DNA from: Paraglomus brasilianum
Taxonomy: Eukaryota
DNA: 20,000 nucleotides
NCBI GenBank assembly: GCA_910592345.1
Contig: CAJVPI010000027.1
Location: 57,638 to 77,637 of the forward strand
Reading direction: 5' to 3'
Positions 9,912 through 20,000 of the stretch are shown one piece after another. Below the pieces are notes generated by a model. The model had not been told where the DNA came from. It did no database searches and saw only the letters and a list, made by a program, of their open reading frames with translations. Position 1 is the first letter of the stretch, and each line of letters begins with the position of its first letter. A program made the translations under genes and the position numbers.

Positions 9912-12472
9912 ATGTCTACGCAAACTAAGACGTGAGTTGTATGCTGCTAATCTAACTGGGCGCGCCTCCTATAAACCTTCGAGTAAGATTCACTTTGTAA
10001 TTTCCGATTAATAGACGTAAACGTAAATGGGACCTTGACGATCAAGGCAAGGAAGCCCCACCAGTAAGCAGCTCTACCGCCCCAACAGTAAAGTCAATAA
10101 AAGTTGACGAAGGAAGCACTACTCCTGTATCTCCTGCCACTACGCCAGCAGTGTCTGACGATCCGAACATTGCTACTGGTAATTAACGGGAAAAGGATAA
10201 TATTTTTTCAAATGGACGTATTTTCGCTCATGTGTTGTGTCGAATTTCATTGTGCAGCTGTTGCCGCAGCAAAGATACAGGCTATGATGATTGCACAAGG
10301 AATTCCCGTCAAGCCACCACCGTTGAAGTTGGAGGGTAGTGATGAAGGATCAAGCGGTACTGAGGTGTGTATGATCACTATGCAAGACTGGGTATCCTGA
10401 CAATGATATCTGTATTTGAATGACACAGCTAACCCATACGCTGATTTTGTTGACCGCTCCATCACAGCTAATAATTGGTTCTAGGAAGGATGGCGATCTG
10501 GAATTCACTAAAGACATTGTCATAAATGATTGCAAGAACAGATACCTATTAACCAAGGGGGCTACCCAACAACAAGTGAGTTGATGTTGTTCTGGTCGTG
10601 TTGTCATACTTTCTTGTAGATTCTGACGATTTCGCTTTGATCAAAGATCCAAAAAGACACGGGCGCAGGTAACGCATTAAAAACGTTGTTATTTCTCCAT
10701 CCTGTTTGTTACTTCTTCGATTCAATCATAAAGACTTGATATAATTGCCTCTCTTAATAGACGTGACCACAAGGGGAAAGTACTACCCTGACAAGAGTCT
10801 TGCTACAGAGAAAGATCCGCCTCTTTATTTACACATAACAGCGGCAAGTCAGGAGTCTCTCGACGAGGCTGTTAAGAAAATAGAGGAAATGATGGAACAG
10901 ATTTTTAATACTGCACCTACTCAAAATGCTCGTCATGGTGCCTCTCAGCATTCGGGTGGAGTACGTGAATTGATTCATGTCTGCCTATTATTCTCTGTAT
11001 TATTTTAACAATCATATTCAATACAACAGCGTCAATTTGTTCAAGACAAGGTGTTCGTTGGGATTGAACCAGATCGCTCATTTAATGCGCGAGCTAAAAT
11101 TGTTGGTCCGCAGGGAGCATTTGTTAAGCATATTCAACAGGAGACAGGTGCAAAAGTGCAATTAAAGGGACGAGGATCGGGTTATGTTGAACCTACATCG
11201 GGAGCGGAGGCATTCGAGCCGTTACATATACATATCACGTGAGCACTCGAAATTTTAATTATATTGTTAGGTCACGACAATGGATAGCTAATATTACGAT
11301 TTTATTTTGTTTGCCAAAATAGATGTTGGAATCAGGAAGGATTGGAAAAAGCCAAAAGATTATGCAAAGATCTCATAGGCACCGTGAAAGCAGAGTGGGA
11401 AAAGCATAAAATCCAGCAGGCTGCGTATCAACCATATGGCAGATCACCGTATCCCCGCCCACCCGGTTATGGACCGCCGCCGCCTCCTCCTCTTATTGGA
11501 GGATATCCAGCAGCTCCGCCTCCTCCGCCTCCACCTCCCCCTCCTGGAAATCCCCCATTACCCAGCGGACCTCCGGTAGCTGGTAATCCGCCGCCACCAC
11601 CTCAACCGCCACCTCCACCGCTGCCACCACCACCAAGTACATCTTTGACCTCGTCTACCTCAACAACGACACAGCCTCCTTTGCCTGCGTATCCTCCTCC
11701 TCAACCGCCGCCTCCTCCTTTATCATCTCCCGCTTCCCAGCAATCACCGACATCTACATCTAATAATACTCCCTCTACCAGTACTAATCAAAATAAGACT
11801 GCCAGCCCATATAATGGGAGCTCGACTATACCATACAATAATGCTTATGGAGCTGATGTAAATGCAGCATATAATTCATCGACAACAGCTTATAATCCGT
11901 ATAATCCGTATAATCAAGCGAGATACTACCAGCAACAGTATTCATATGGATATTATACTCAGGGACAAGGTCAGACCGCGACAACAGGTGATTCAAGCTA
12001 TTACTACGGATATTCATCGGCCGGGTATCAGCAACCGGCAACAAATTATGCATCTACGTACTCGAGTGCTAGTGGTTATTCTGCCACATCAGCTGCCTCT
12101 CAACAGCCACAGCATCAATCTTTATCTCCACCAGCGTCAAGTCCAGCGGGATCAGTAGGAAGCGCATACGAAGACAAGAGCAACACCGATTATCATGCCG
12201 TTCCTCCACCAGATTCTTATGATGAGGTTAGTATATACGATACAGTTACTTAATATATTTTTTAATGGGTTAGCTGGTGTTTAGTTGCAAGTAAGCCTTG
12301 TCTATTATACTGTCCGAAGGGAGTATACGACTAATAGTGTACTCGATGAAATTAAGTTGCGGCCTGGGAGGGGAGTGGGTATATAAAGCGTAATATAACG
12401 GTGCGCAATGAGCGCACGCCTACTTACGTTGCAAGTTTTACTTCTCTCTCTCTCTCTCTCTTTCAGCGATAA
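9912..12472 (+). CDS. KHDC4/BLOM7-like KH-domain RNA-binding/splicing protein, ~579 aa (587 aa if the 12227 donor is unused and the stop is at 12253). Exons 9912-9931, 10015-10178, 10258-10364, 10468-10575, 10647-10668, 10761-10960, 11030-11238, 11323-12226, 12467-12472.
   Basis: RKRKWD, AAAKIQAMM, DIVINDCKNRYLLTKGATQQQIQKDTGADVTTRGKYYPD..PPLYLHITA (KH1) and KIVGPQGAFVKHIQQETGAKVQLKGRGSGYVEP..EPLHIHIT (KH2), followed by a Pro-rich and Tyr/Gln/Ser-rich tail. All junctions are GT-AG and in frame. The terminal micro-exon is the least certain part. Confidence 0.92.
12441..12464 (+). repeat. (CT)n tract doubling as the polypyrimidine tract of the CAG acceptor at 12466
   Basis: CTTCTCTCTCTCTCTCTCTCTTTCAG, preceded by branch-like TACTTAC at 12421-12427. 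Confidence 0.8.
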
Positions 12473-15400
12473 ATATCAAAGAATTGTTGTGTTGTGTGTT
12501 CTCTCTCATGTCTTTGTTTTTACACCAAGCGGTGAGACTAATGTCTTTTCGAAAGGAGATCTCGTAAGAAGTCGAATAACCAGAATGCATCTGCATACGG
12601 AACATGGAAATGATAAAGGACGATTCCGTTGAGTTTTCTTTCTTTTAATTGGACATTAATGAAAACTAAATTTAAGCCGATTCAAGAATATAGATGTTAT
12701 CAAGGAAGAATGTGTTGATGACGTTGAAGCAAATGTTGCAGAAGTCAACAAAGTTCGTTTTCAGATTGTGTATTCTGAAGAGTCGTAATTAGGAGTTTGT
12801 TATTAGAGACAGTTACGAATAAAATTATAATTAGTTCGTTTCTATCTCACGATTATTCACCCCAACAATCCAGTGTAGTAGATCAATATCTTATCGCTGC
12901 ACCACATGCGATATATCGGTAGCGTTGGGATAGAAGATGAATCAGCTGACCATTTCGCTACTGAGAGCCGAGTGTTATTTTCAGTAACGGGTCATCTATA
13001 ACATCCCTAATAAAAGAATACTACAACTATCGACCTTTGACAGGTCTTGTGTGACCACATGAAATGTTTCTGAATGGGATTATAATTGGTTAAGCTATCT
13101 TTGAAAACGATAAAGAACATGGACCGTTATAGTTACGCTGTTGTTGATTGGTACAAACGAAGACAATGACATTAGCCAAGGAAACAATGCCAGACAGTTT
13201 CTTGGCATGTAACGCGTGAGATAAATAAAACGAATTACTAAAGGCATTAATTAATGACGTCGAGTTCTATCTATCAATTAATTCTGTACACTCAGTATTG
13301 TCCCGAGATTAAGTTAATTATTTTCTTCTTTGTGTCGATTTATTCGAGCAAAATGTTCTAGTCTTCTTATATCAATATTTTACCCTTCCCCCAAGGACTG
13401 GTGATCATATGATAAAAAATCATTTAATCTGATATAAAATAATAAAGACACAAAACGGTTTTTCTTTCTACCGTTACAACACTTTGTATCGGACACGTCC
13501 GACAAATATATACAGTATATATATATATTTTTTCTTTGTCTATGATATAACGGGTTCGACGGGGAAATGCAAGGAAACCCTTGTTAGGGGTTCATATATG
13601 CAGCTTATCACATCATTTTTTGTATACATACAACCGATGATGCACATGACATATCATAATGGCTATCATTATATCAACACAGTGCTAATGTTTCAGTCTG
13701 TACAACTCACAAAGGAAAATTGTGTCAAGTGTCAACGTATAGGGTATGAATGTCGCAATCTTTCGGTATAACACATCCGAGTATAAGACTTCTTGCGACT
13801 ACCAGAATTGGACCAATCACGGATGTGATATAGACTCCTTCAACGTGGTGAGTTCTTGACGATTTGCGTCCATGGTAATATTGATTAGTAATGACTTGCA
13901 AGCTCGCATATTCGGTACGTCATAGCATTCCCAGCGAGTTGGCACTGTACAAACTTTCGTGGTAAGATTTGGGTCAAGAATTTATAATAGCGTAAAACTA
14001 TGCGAGTCTTACTCGTCGTTGCTTTAGTAATAACAGTTTATTTCTCATATTAGTTACCCGTCACATTGTCTCTTTTGTCATTACTAATCAATTAGTCTTC
14101 CATCTTGGGTAAGGAACGGTGTGTTTGGGAAACAAGGAACAACAATAATAATAAATGATAGCGAGTAAAAAATTAAAACTCACCAACTGTTGTCAATTAA
14201 CGACAATGGTCTATAACAATTATATATTTTTAATTTCTTGATAGCGATTTTGGCACATGCTATCGTATATCTTCTACACAATTCTCTGATATCTAGATAC
14301 AATACTATCCCATCGATTTGCCATTTCAGTTATTAGAAAGGGTGATTTCTCAACGGACATCAATCGTAGGAGAATTACTAATACAATGATATGTTATACG
14401 CATATACATATAAGGCGTTCGCTATAGATCACGCCAAACGCTACTAGATTCCGTGAGATTACTCGATAAATAATAGGATGTTTCAAATTATTCGTAAAAG
14501 TCACAATCATAGAATCCCGTATATGCTGATACACAGTATATGAAAGAGCGTTTCGCTACGCTATAACTTATAATAGCGAGTGTTACACTTTGAACAAGGA
14601 AAGTTTTCAAACGTTAGCCGTTCTGAAAAAATGTACAACCTTGACATTTAATAACTATATTACAAGTCCTGCATTTATCTAATAAGGGACGTTTAAGCGA
14701 AATTGTAGTTGTGGTTGAGTAGCTTGAATGTGACGTTTCTTGTGACTTTATAATAATAATGCACACTGCCGATCGTTAAATTAATGAATGTTACAATTAT
14801 TCATATGGTTAACGCACAGTCAACATTACTATTACCTTACCCCATTTGATCTTGTTCCAACCTGTTTTGGAGCCAGTTTACTCTTAAAGTATATTGTTTA
14901 GATACTATTTTTGAATCTTACGAAAGCGATATACAGTATATTAATTATATCTGTGGTTGGCTCTTTATCTTGAGGAAATAAGAATCCCCGTGTCGAATTG
15001 TGGTCACATATCACAGGAGAAACGACATTCCGGAAACAAATCACTTGAATTTTTATATGCGTACTAATGCTAATAATAAATGATATGAAGCAAATGGATG
15101 ATATTTATTCTTGACCTCAAATGTGTACCGCCTAAATATAATCTTATTCCTTGTTTTCAATGCTTGATCGACTAAATAGAGAGCATGGTAGGTCAATGAT
15201 TTTTATTGGCTCTCTTTTATCGTCTCATTTATACATATTTCCTTATATTTGCAGGATAAAAAGTAAACTCTACATAAATGATGAACAAAACTAACCTTTT
15301 CCCCTCCCTTGTTTACTTGTGCTACTATCTCTCTGAACTATAATTGAAGCAAAGATGTCAAGCGCAATAGATGCGATTGTAAACCGCTAGCCCATACTTG

Positions 15401-16297
15401 TTAAAATGCTGTCAATGCCTTGACTTTTCAATTGTTTTCGCATGTGACATATACGTAAGTATACGAGATGTTCTTTGTCGCTCATGGGAAACTGGTTCTT
15501 TTTCTTCTTCCCACGTTGTGCTATCTAGGACAATGGGATAAACAAAGATGGTGAATATTCCCATTTAAGCCCTACAGGCAGACGTGGTTCTTTTTATGGA
15601 AATGTAGAGCTGGATGTTTGCCGTAAATGTCGAAGAAAGGATCACAAATCTAAAAAGCTTACTTTCCGGGCTAATCTGTACTAGGTAAGTTAATAATTCA
15701 ACAATATCCGAATGGTACTACATTCTGCATATCTTATTTCATGTTACTGTATTTCAAATAGTCCTTGTTCTAACAACTGCAGCACAGTTTCTAAATGTCA
15801 CTTCAACCCGTTTGCCACATACGTACTTGTATAACAACATTGGATATCACATCAATCAAGAAACTCAATAAATGCCCATAACGCCCTCTTCAACATCCCC
15901 TCATCCTGGACTCGAAATTTAATTTGGTCTTTTTGTCCTTATTTGGAGTCTCAGGTTTAAATAGATACACAAAGAATATATATTATTTAAACTCCACGCA
16001 TCCTCCGCCTGCATACATTCCCCCTTTCTCTCCCTCTTCCCTCCCATCATCATTGTCGTTGATTCGACTTAGCATAATACATAACAATTGAGTGTACATA
16101 ACCATAGAAGAGAACACATACACGAGTGTGAAAATTTTCCTACATATCTGGAATTACATGACATATACGAGATAGAATATTTCTCCACTGAGAAGCACAC
16201 GACTTCAATCTTTTTTTTTTCTTTCTCCAAAAATACTCGGATATAAACACCAACTAAAAGAACTCAAATCTGCCGTTACAAATCCTGAATCGTAACA

Positions 16298-17909
16298 ATG
16301 GCAGATTATCTCTTTACCATCGTTTCATTCATTGCCGTTCTCCTTTCAGTAGTTCCAGGCATATTTCATATACAGACTCGCAATTGGGGAGCAATATTCA
16401 TGACATTCTGGGTGGTATTTCTTAATCTCATAGATTTCATCAATTCTCTCATCTGGTCGGGCGATGACCTCCTTGACGTGGCCCCAGTATACTGTCTTAT
16501 CACAACTCCGATTTACCAAGCTTCAAATTATGGCGTGCTTGCCTCGGTTGCATGTATGATACATGCTCTCTACACATACGTCTCATCCACTATCATCATT
16601 ACCGAGAGAGTGCGCAGAAGACGGGCAATTATCGACTTTTTTGCCTGCATCATCGTTCCAACAGTGTTGGCCGCTTGTTATTATCTTGTTCAGAACCACA
16701 AATATGGTCTTAGACCTGTACTAGGTTGTTTCTCGCCATACATGTATACCTTACCAACTGTGTTCATTGTTCACATATGGCCCGTTATATTTGCCCTTGT
16801 TGGAAGTGTTTATGCAGGTAAATGTCAAAAATAGTAAATTCATCATGGATATCATCAGCCATTTTAAGCAATTGCATTTATTAATGTTTGTTGTACGGGC
16901 CGTTAATAATTATTATTTTCATTTCCTAGTTCTTACTGCCTATGCTATCATTAAGAAGCGTCTCGAGATACAAAGACTTTTGACTTTCAAAGAATCGGGT
17001 CTAAACCAAGCTAAATTCTACCGTCTAGTGTTCTTCTGCGTCTCTTTCCTCGTCTTTGCCCTTCCCGCTTCCCTCCTTCAACTCAAAGAGGCCTTTTTGT
17101 TCGGGTTCTTTCCATATTCCTGGAAATTCGTACACCAAGATTGGGACCAAGTGAGCAGTTATGACGAGGGAGTAAAACTGCTCGACTACTTCAAACCCCT
17201 CACGGGTATCATGCTCTTCATATTTTTCGGCACTGGGCAGGATGCAGTGGCCAAATATAAAGCATGGGGGAAAATGCTCAAGTTGGACATTGTATTTCCA
17301 TTTTGCTTCAGGGAAACAGAGGATACAGGAAGTCGATTTACATATAGTATCAAGAGCTCCAATTCAACAGAGAAATCACAGCCCACCAACAAAATATCTC
17401 AGTCTTCTCTTAATTCGTCAAAGGTATTGTTATCAGCATCAACAGAGACCAGCTCGTCGTATTCATTCAACTCACCCAAAGAAACACAACAAAAGAAGAA
17501 GAAAGGCATCACAAACTTTTTGTTCCTTGGTGGACATCGTACACCCTCTGAGCAGGCCGCTCTTGATTTGACATCTGGCATTCGTATTCGTATCGACGGG
17601 CTTGATACTCGTACTATTACCAATGATACGATTGCAGAAGAGGAGGAACCCAATCTGTATGATAAGAAAAGAAAGTCAGAGTTTTACCAAACTCCACGTA
17701 TCCTGGTGACTACTACCACCGAAACTACAACAGGCTCTATCGAAGAGACGGGAGACGTTGGAGACGTTAGAGACAGCGTTATTCAACACGTAGAGGATTT
17801 GTTGAGCGTATACCCAACCGTTAATGTGATTCCACCCAACGAGTCAGATATTGCCGACTATCACACGATAGACGATATTGAGTCTTCGGAGACTGGATTC
17901 GCGCTGTGA
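16298..17909 (+). CDS. STE3: STE3-family (a-factor/lipopeptide) pheromone receptor, 7-TM GPCR, 499 aa. Exons 16298-16817 and 16930-17909.
   Basis: Family motifs HIQTRNWGAI, NLIDFINSLIW, APVYCLI, YYLVQNHKY..VLGC, WP, SGLNQAKFYRL, PYSWKFVHQDW and FIFFGTGQDA. A GTAAAT..TAG intron at 16818-16929 joins the two ORFs in frame. The cytoplasmic tail is long and Ser/Thr-rich. Confidence 0.95.
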
Positions 17910-19388
17910 TTTTTTACTTTTCCCCGATCAACTTAATTTATAGAAGTCAATTTTTCACTGTATAAAACGCAATCAATCTTTATTTGTACTTAACTCGTCA
18001 CTGTGTTCTCTTCACTCTTGCATTTCATTTTCTTCCCCCGCTGCATTTTATAAATACTAGCAGAAACAAACCTACCTCCATATATCCTATTCGTCATAAC
18101 ACTCATTACTTATTTTAACTTGCACTCAATGTAGTTTATTAAATCAAGCCAAATGTGTATATAACTCAATAATTTTTTTTTATTTTAAAACAAAAATATA
18201 GAACTTGCTTTTCTACATCATAATTAATTGTCTGCGTGTACCCAAAATGATACAAATGTCTCTATCCCCACTTCGCTTACTTGTTGCCTCCGGGTGTATT
18301 ATCTGATTGAGATCGTATTGAATACCAATTTACATGCACGAGATACCTTGGCTTTATAGGATATGTGATATTCCTACTCCAAATGCCGCCTATTCTCGCA
18401 AGTCCATAAAATATGTGTTTGTTGGATTCTCACGACAATCTATGAGCTATCAATGCTCCAGCTTTTCATTCTAACCTATCATTACATTGTCAATTAAAAA
18501 TAGTAAATAATGCATAATTAATTGTGTAAAATAAACAATTCGCTACTACCCATCATATGCTGTTCAGAGACGAATATTAAAGACACGTTTTCATAACACA
18601 CAAGCAGGTTATACATTATAATTGATCCTCGACTAATAGGACCAGCAGGGTAATCAACAATCTTTTTGTAATTACTTGGCTAGGAATCGGCGTGCTAGAA
18701 AGTACAAATAGTCTTGCTATTACAGTATGTTTAGAATGGCAGGCAATTAAATACTATTTGGCTCACAACCATATTAGTTCGGTCAGGTCGACTTGTCGAA
18801 ATTAAGTTCTAATGGTTGCGGTAAACGATATAAAAGTGTTTATCACGTCAAAAGTGGTTGTTTCATTGAATCCAATTTCTTTTCTTGGTTTGGCTATCTA
18901 CCACTTCTGTATAATATATTTCAACGCTTTCCGGAGACGGTCATCTTTCCTTCAATTGGAATGTATAACAAGTCTGCCGACTAGGTCTTATCGAGAATTC
19001 ATAAAAATCACCCGATCGTACGATGGTAGCACAAACCGACAACAGGTGATTCACAAGATGAAATCGAAATATAAAAGCAGACGATTTTGAGCTTAAGACG
19101 AGGTACCAACCATACTAATACTGCCAAAATGTGTATGGTATGTGTAGTACATGACTTGCAATATAATATAGACATGTTTTTTAACCAGCCTTGCAATTTC
19201 AGAAAGTAACTTGCCCCAAATGCCAAAAGCTCACTTGGCGTGGCTGCGGTAAACACGTCGAACAAGGTTGGTTATCATTTATGATCGGTCTCATCGCCAG
19301 CTAAAAATGACATCTCCTTTTGCATCTAATAATAGTTATGAAAGACGTAAAACCTGAGGAACGCTGTACTTGTTCTAGCAGCAACAAA

Positions 19389-19422
19389 GATGAAAACAAA
19401 AAGGATGAAAACAAAAAGGATG
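19389..19422. repeat. 15-bp tandem repeat GATGAAAACAAAAAG x2.3
   Basis: Copies at 19389-19403 and 19404-19418, plus a partial third. Confidence 0.85.
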
Positions 19423-19859
19423 CTACAGTCAAAACCCAAAATATCCATTTGTGACCGCTCTCATATTGTGAACGGATAATGGAAATATTGCTCGATGGCA
19501 AACATGAGTCTATTTATGTATGATAGATATGTTTACTCTATTAACATCAATAAATATCGGAGTGGATGTGGGCGTAGCGCAAAGTCAAACTACCAAGTTG
19601 GTTTAAGTAAGAATTTTGGTTTTGGCAGTGCGCTGCGCTTGTTTAATTTAAACTGTCATCATATTGAATGTTAGTCTGGTTAAGCAAGTTGCAAGACTTT
19701 TATAAAACAACATGATTGCAAAACTACACCATTTGTTCGCCAACGTTATCGCTTACCGTTAACATTCCTATCCCCGTTTTTCATTACTAAGTACAATGAC
19801 TAATGATGTTGTCATATACTTTATTTATGTAACATTAACTTAAAAAGGTGATATCAATA

Positions 19860-20000
19860 CAGTCGCACCTCCATAAGTGCACCCTCCATAAGTGCACACC
19901 CTCCCTATATGCACGCTGTAGCACGGTCCCAAGCTTGGGACTTAGAGCTAAGTGCACACCCTCCATGTTCTACACGTGCAAGCGATTCCGAGTCCCAGTT
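19860..20000. mobile_element. Left end of a Tc1/mariner-pogo-like DNA transposon or MITE, truncated by the window edge
   Basis: TA at 19858-19859 is followed by CAGTCGCACCTCCATAAGTGCAC, a pogo/Tigger-style terminus. There are subterminal repeats TAAGTGCACACCCTCC (19889-19904, 19949-19964), an internal GGTCCC and an abrupt rise in GC. The partner TIR is not in the window. Confidence 0.65.

Noticed and set aside
10370..10445. C/D snoRNA in KH intron 3 (ATGATCA..CTGA..ATGATA..CTGA)
   Set aside because: Box C is imperfect and only ~6 nt from the donor, and I recognised no rRNA target. The would-be guide is better explained by its intragenic complement at 12265-12276.
11826..12158. Alternative-frame or antisense ORFs overlapping the KH gene and STE3 (e.g. 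11826-12053, 11862-12158, 17186-17653)
   Set aside because: Shadow ORFs of the real coding frames, with no independent features.
12694..12793. Coding-looking stretch downstream of the KH gene as an extra exon
   Set aside because: Two frames are open for ~30 codons, but there is no convincing upstream partner or homology.
13048..13062. Other CaaX-stop endings (CVTT at 13048, CNIH at 14795 minus, CLLY at 19530)
   Set aside because: In-frame stops lie just upstream, there is no usable ATG, or the ORF is only a few codons long.
13160..16100. HMG-box (ACAAT/ACAAAG) and Ste12 (TGAAACA) sites upstream of STE3, and similar clusters at 1230-1700
   Set aside because: Counts by eye are about what an AT-rich sequence gives by chance; enrichment was not demonstrated.

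Overview
Eukaryotic, intron-containing, AT-rich genomic DNA from a fungus. An early-diverging (Mucoromycota-like) lineage is inferred from gene content and intron style, not proven. I reconstructed four protein genes splice site by splice site: a 259-aa low-complexity protein with two FAM104/VCF-like helical motifs (1988-2954, +), 60S ribosomal protein uL6/RPL9 (4369-3389, -), a KHDC4/BLOM7-type KH-domain splicing factor (9912-12472, +) and an STE3-type pheromone GPCR (16298-17909, +). A Tc1/mariner-pogo-like transposon end begins at 19860. Three unexplained signals stand out. (1) A ~550-nt, heavily base-paired, pseudoknotted minus-strand RNA candidate at ~5260-5810 carries shuffled repeated motifs and matches no RNA family I recognise. 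(2) A long-range intron-intron duplex in the KH gene (10413-10437 with 12265-12293) covers a branch-point motif and brackets all KH exons, suggesting a splicing switch or circRNA. (3) The 259-aa protein is a possible fungal Cdc48/p97 nuclear cofactor with a tandem binding motif. All structures were paired by eye; no folding or database search was run.
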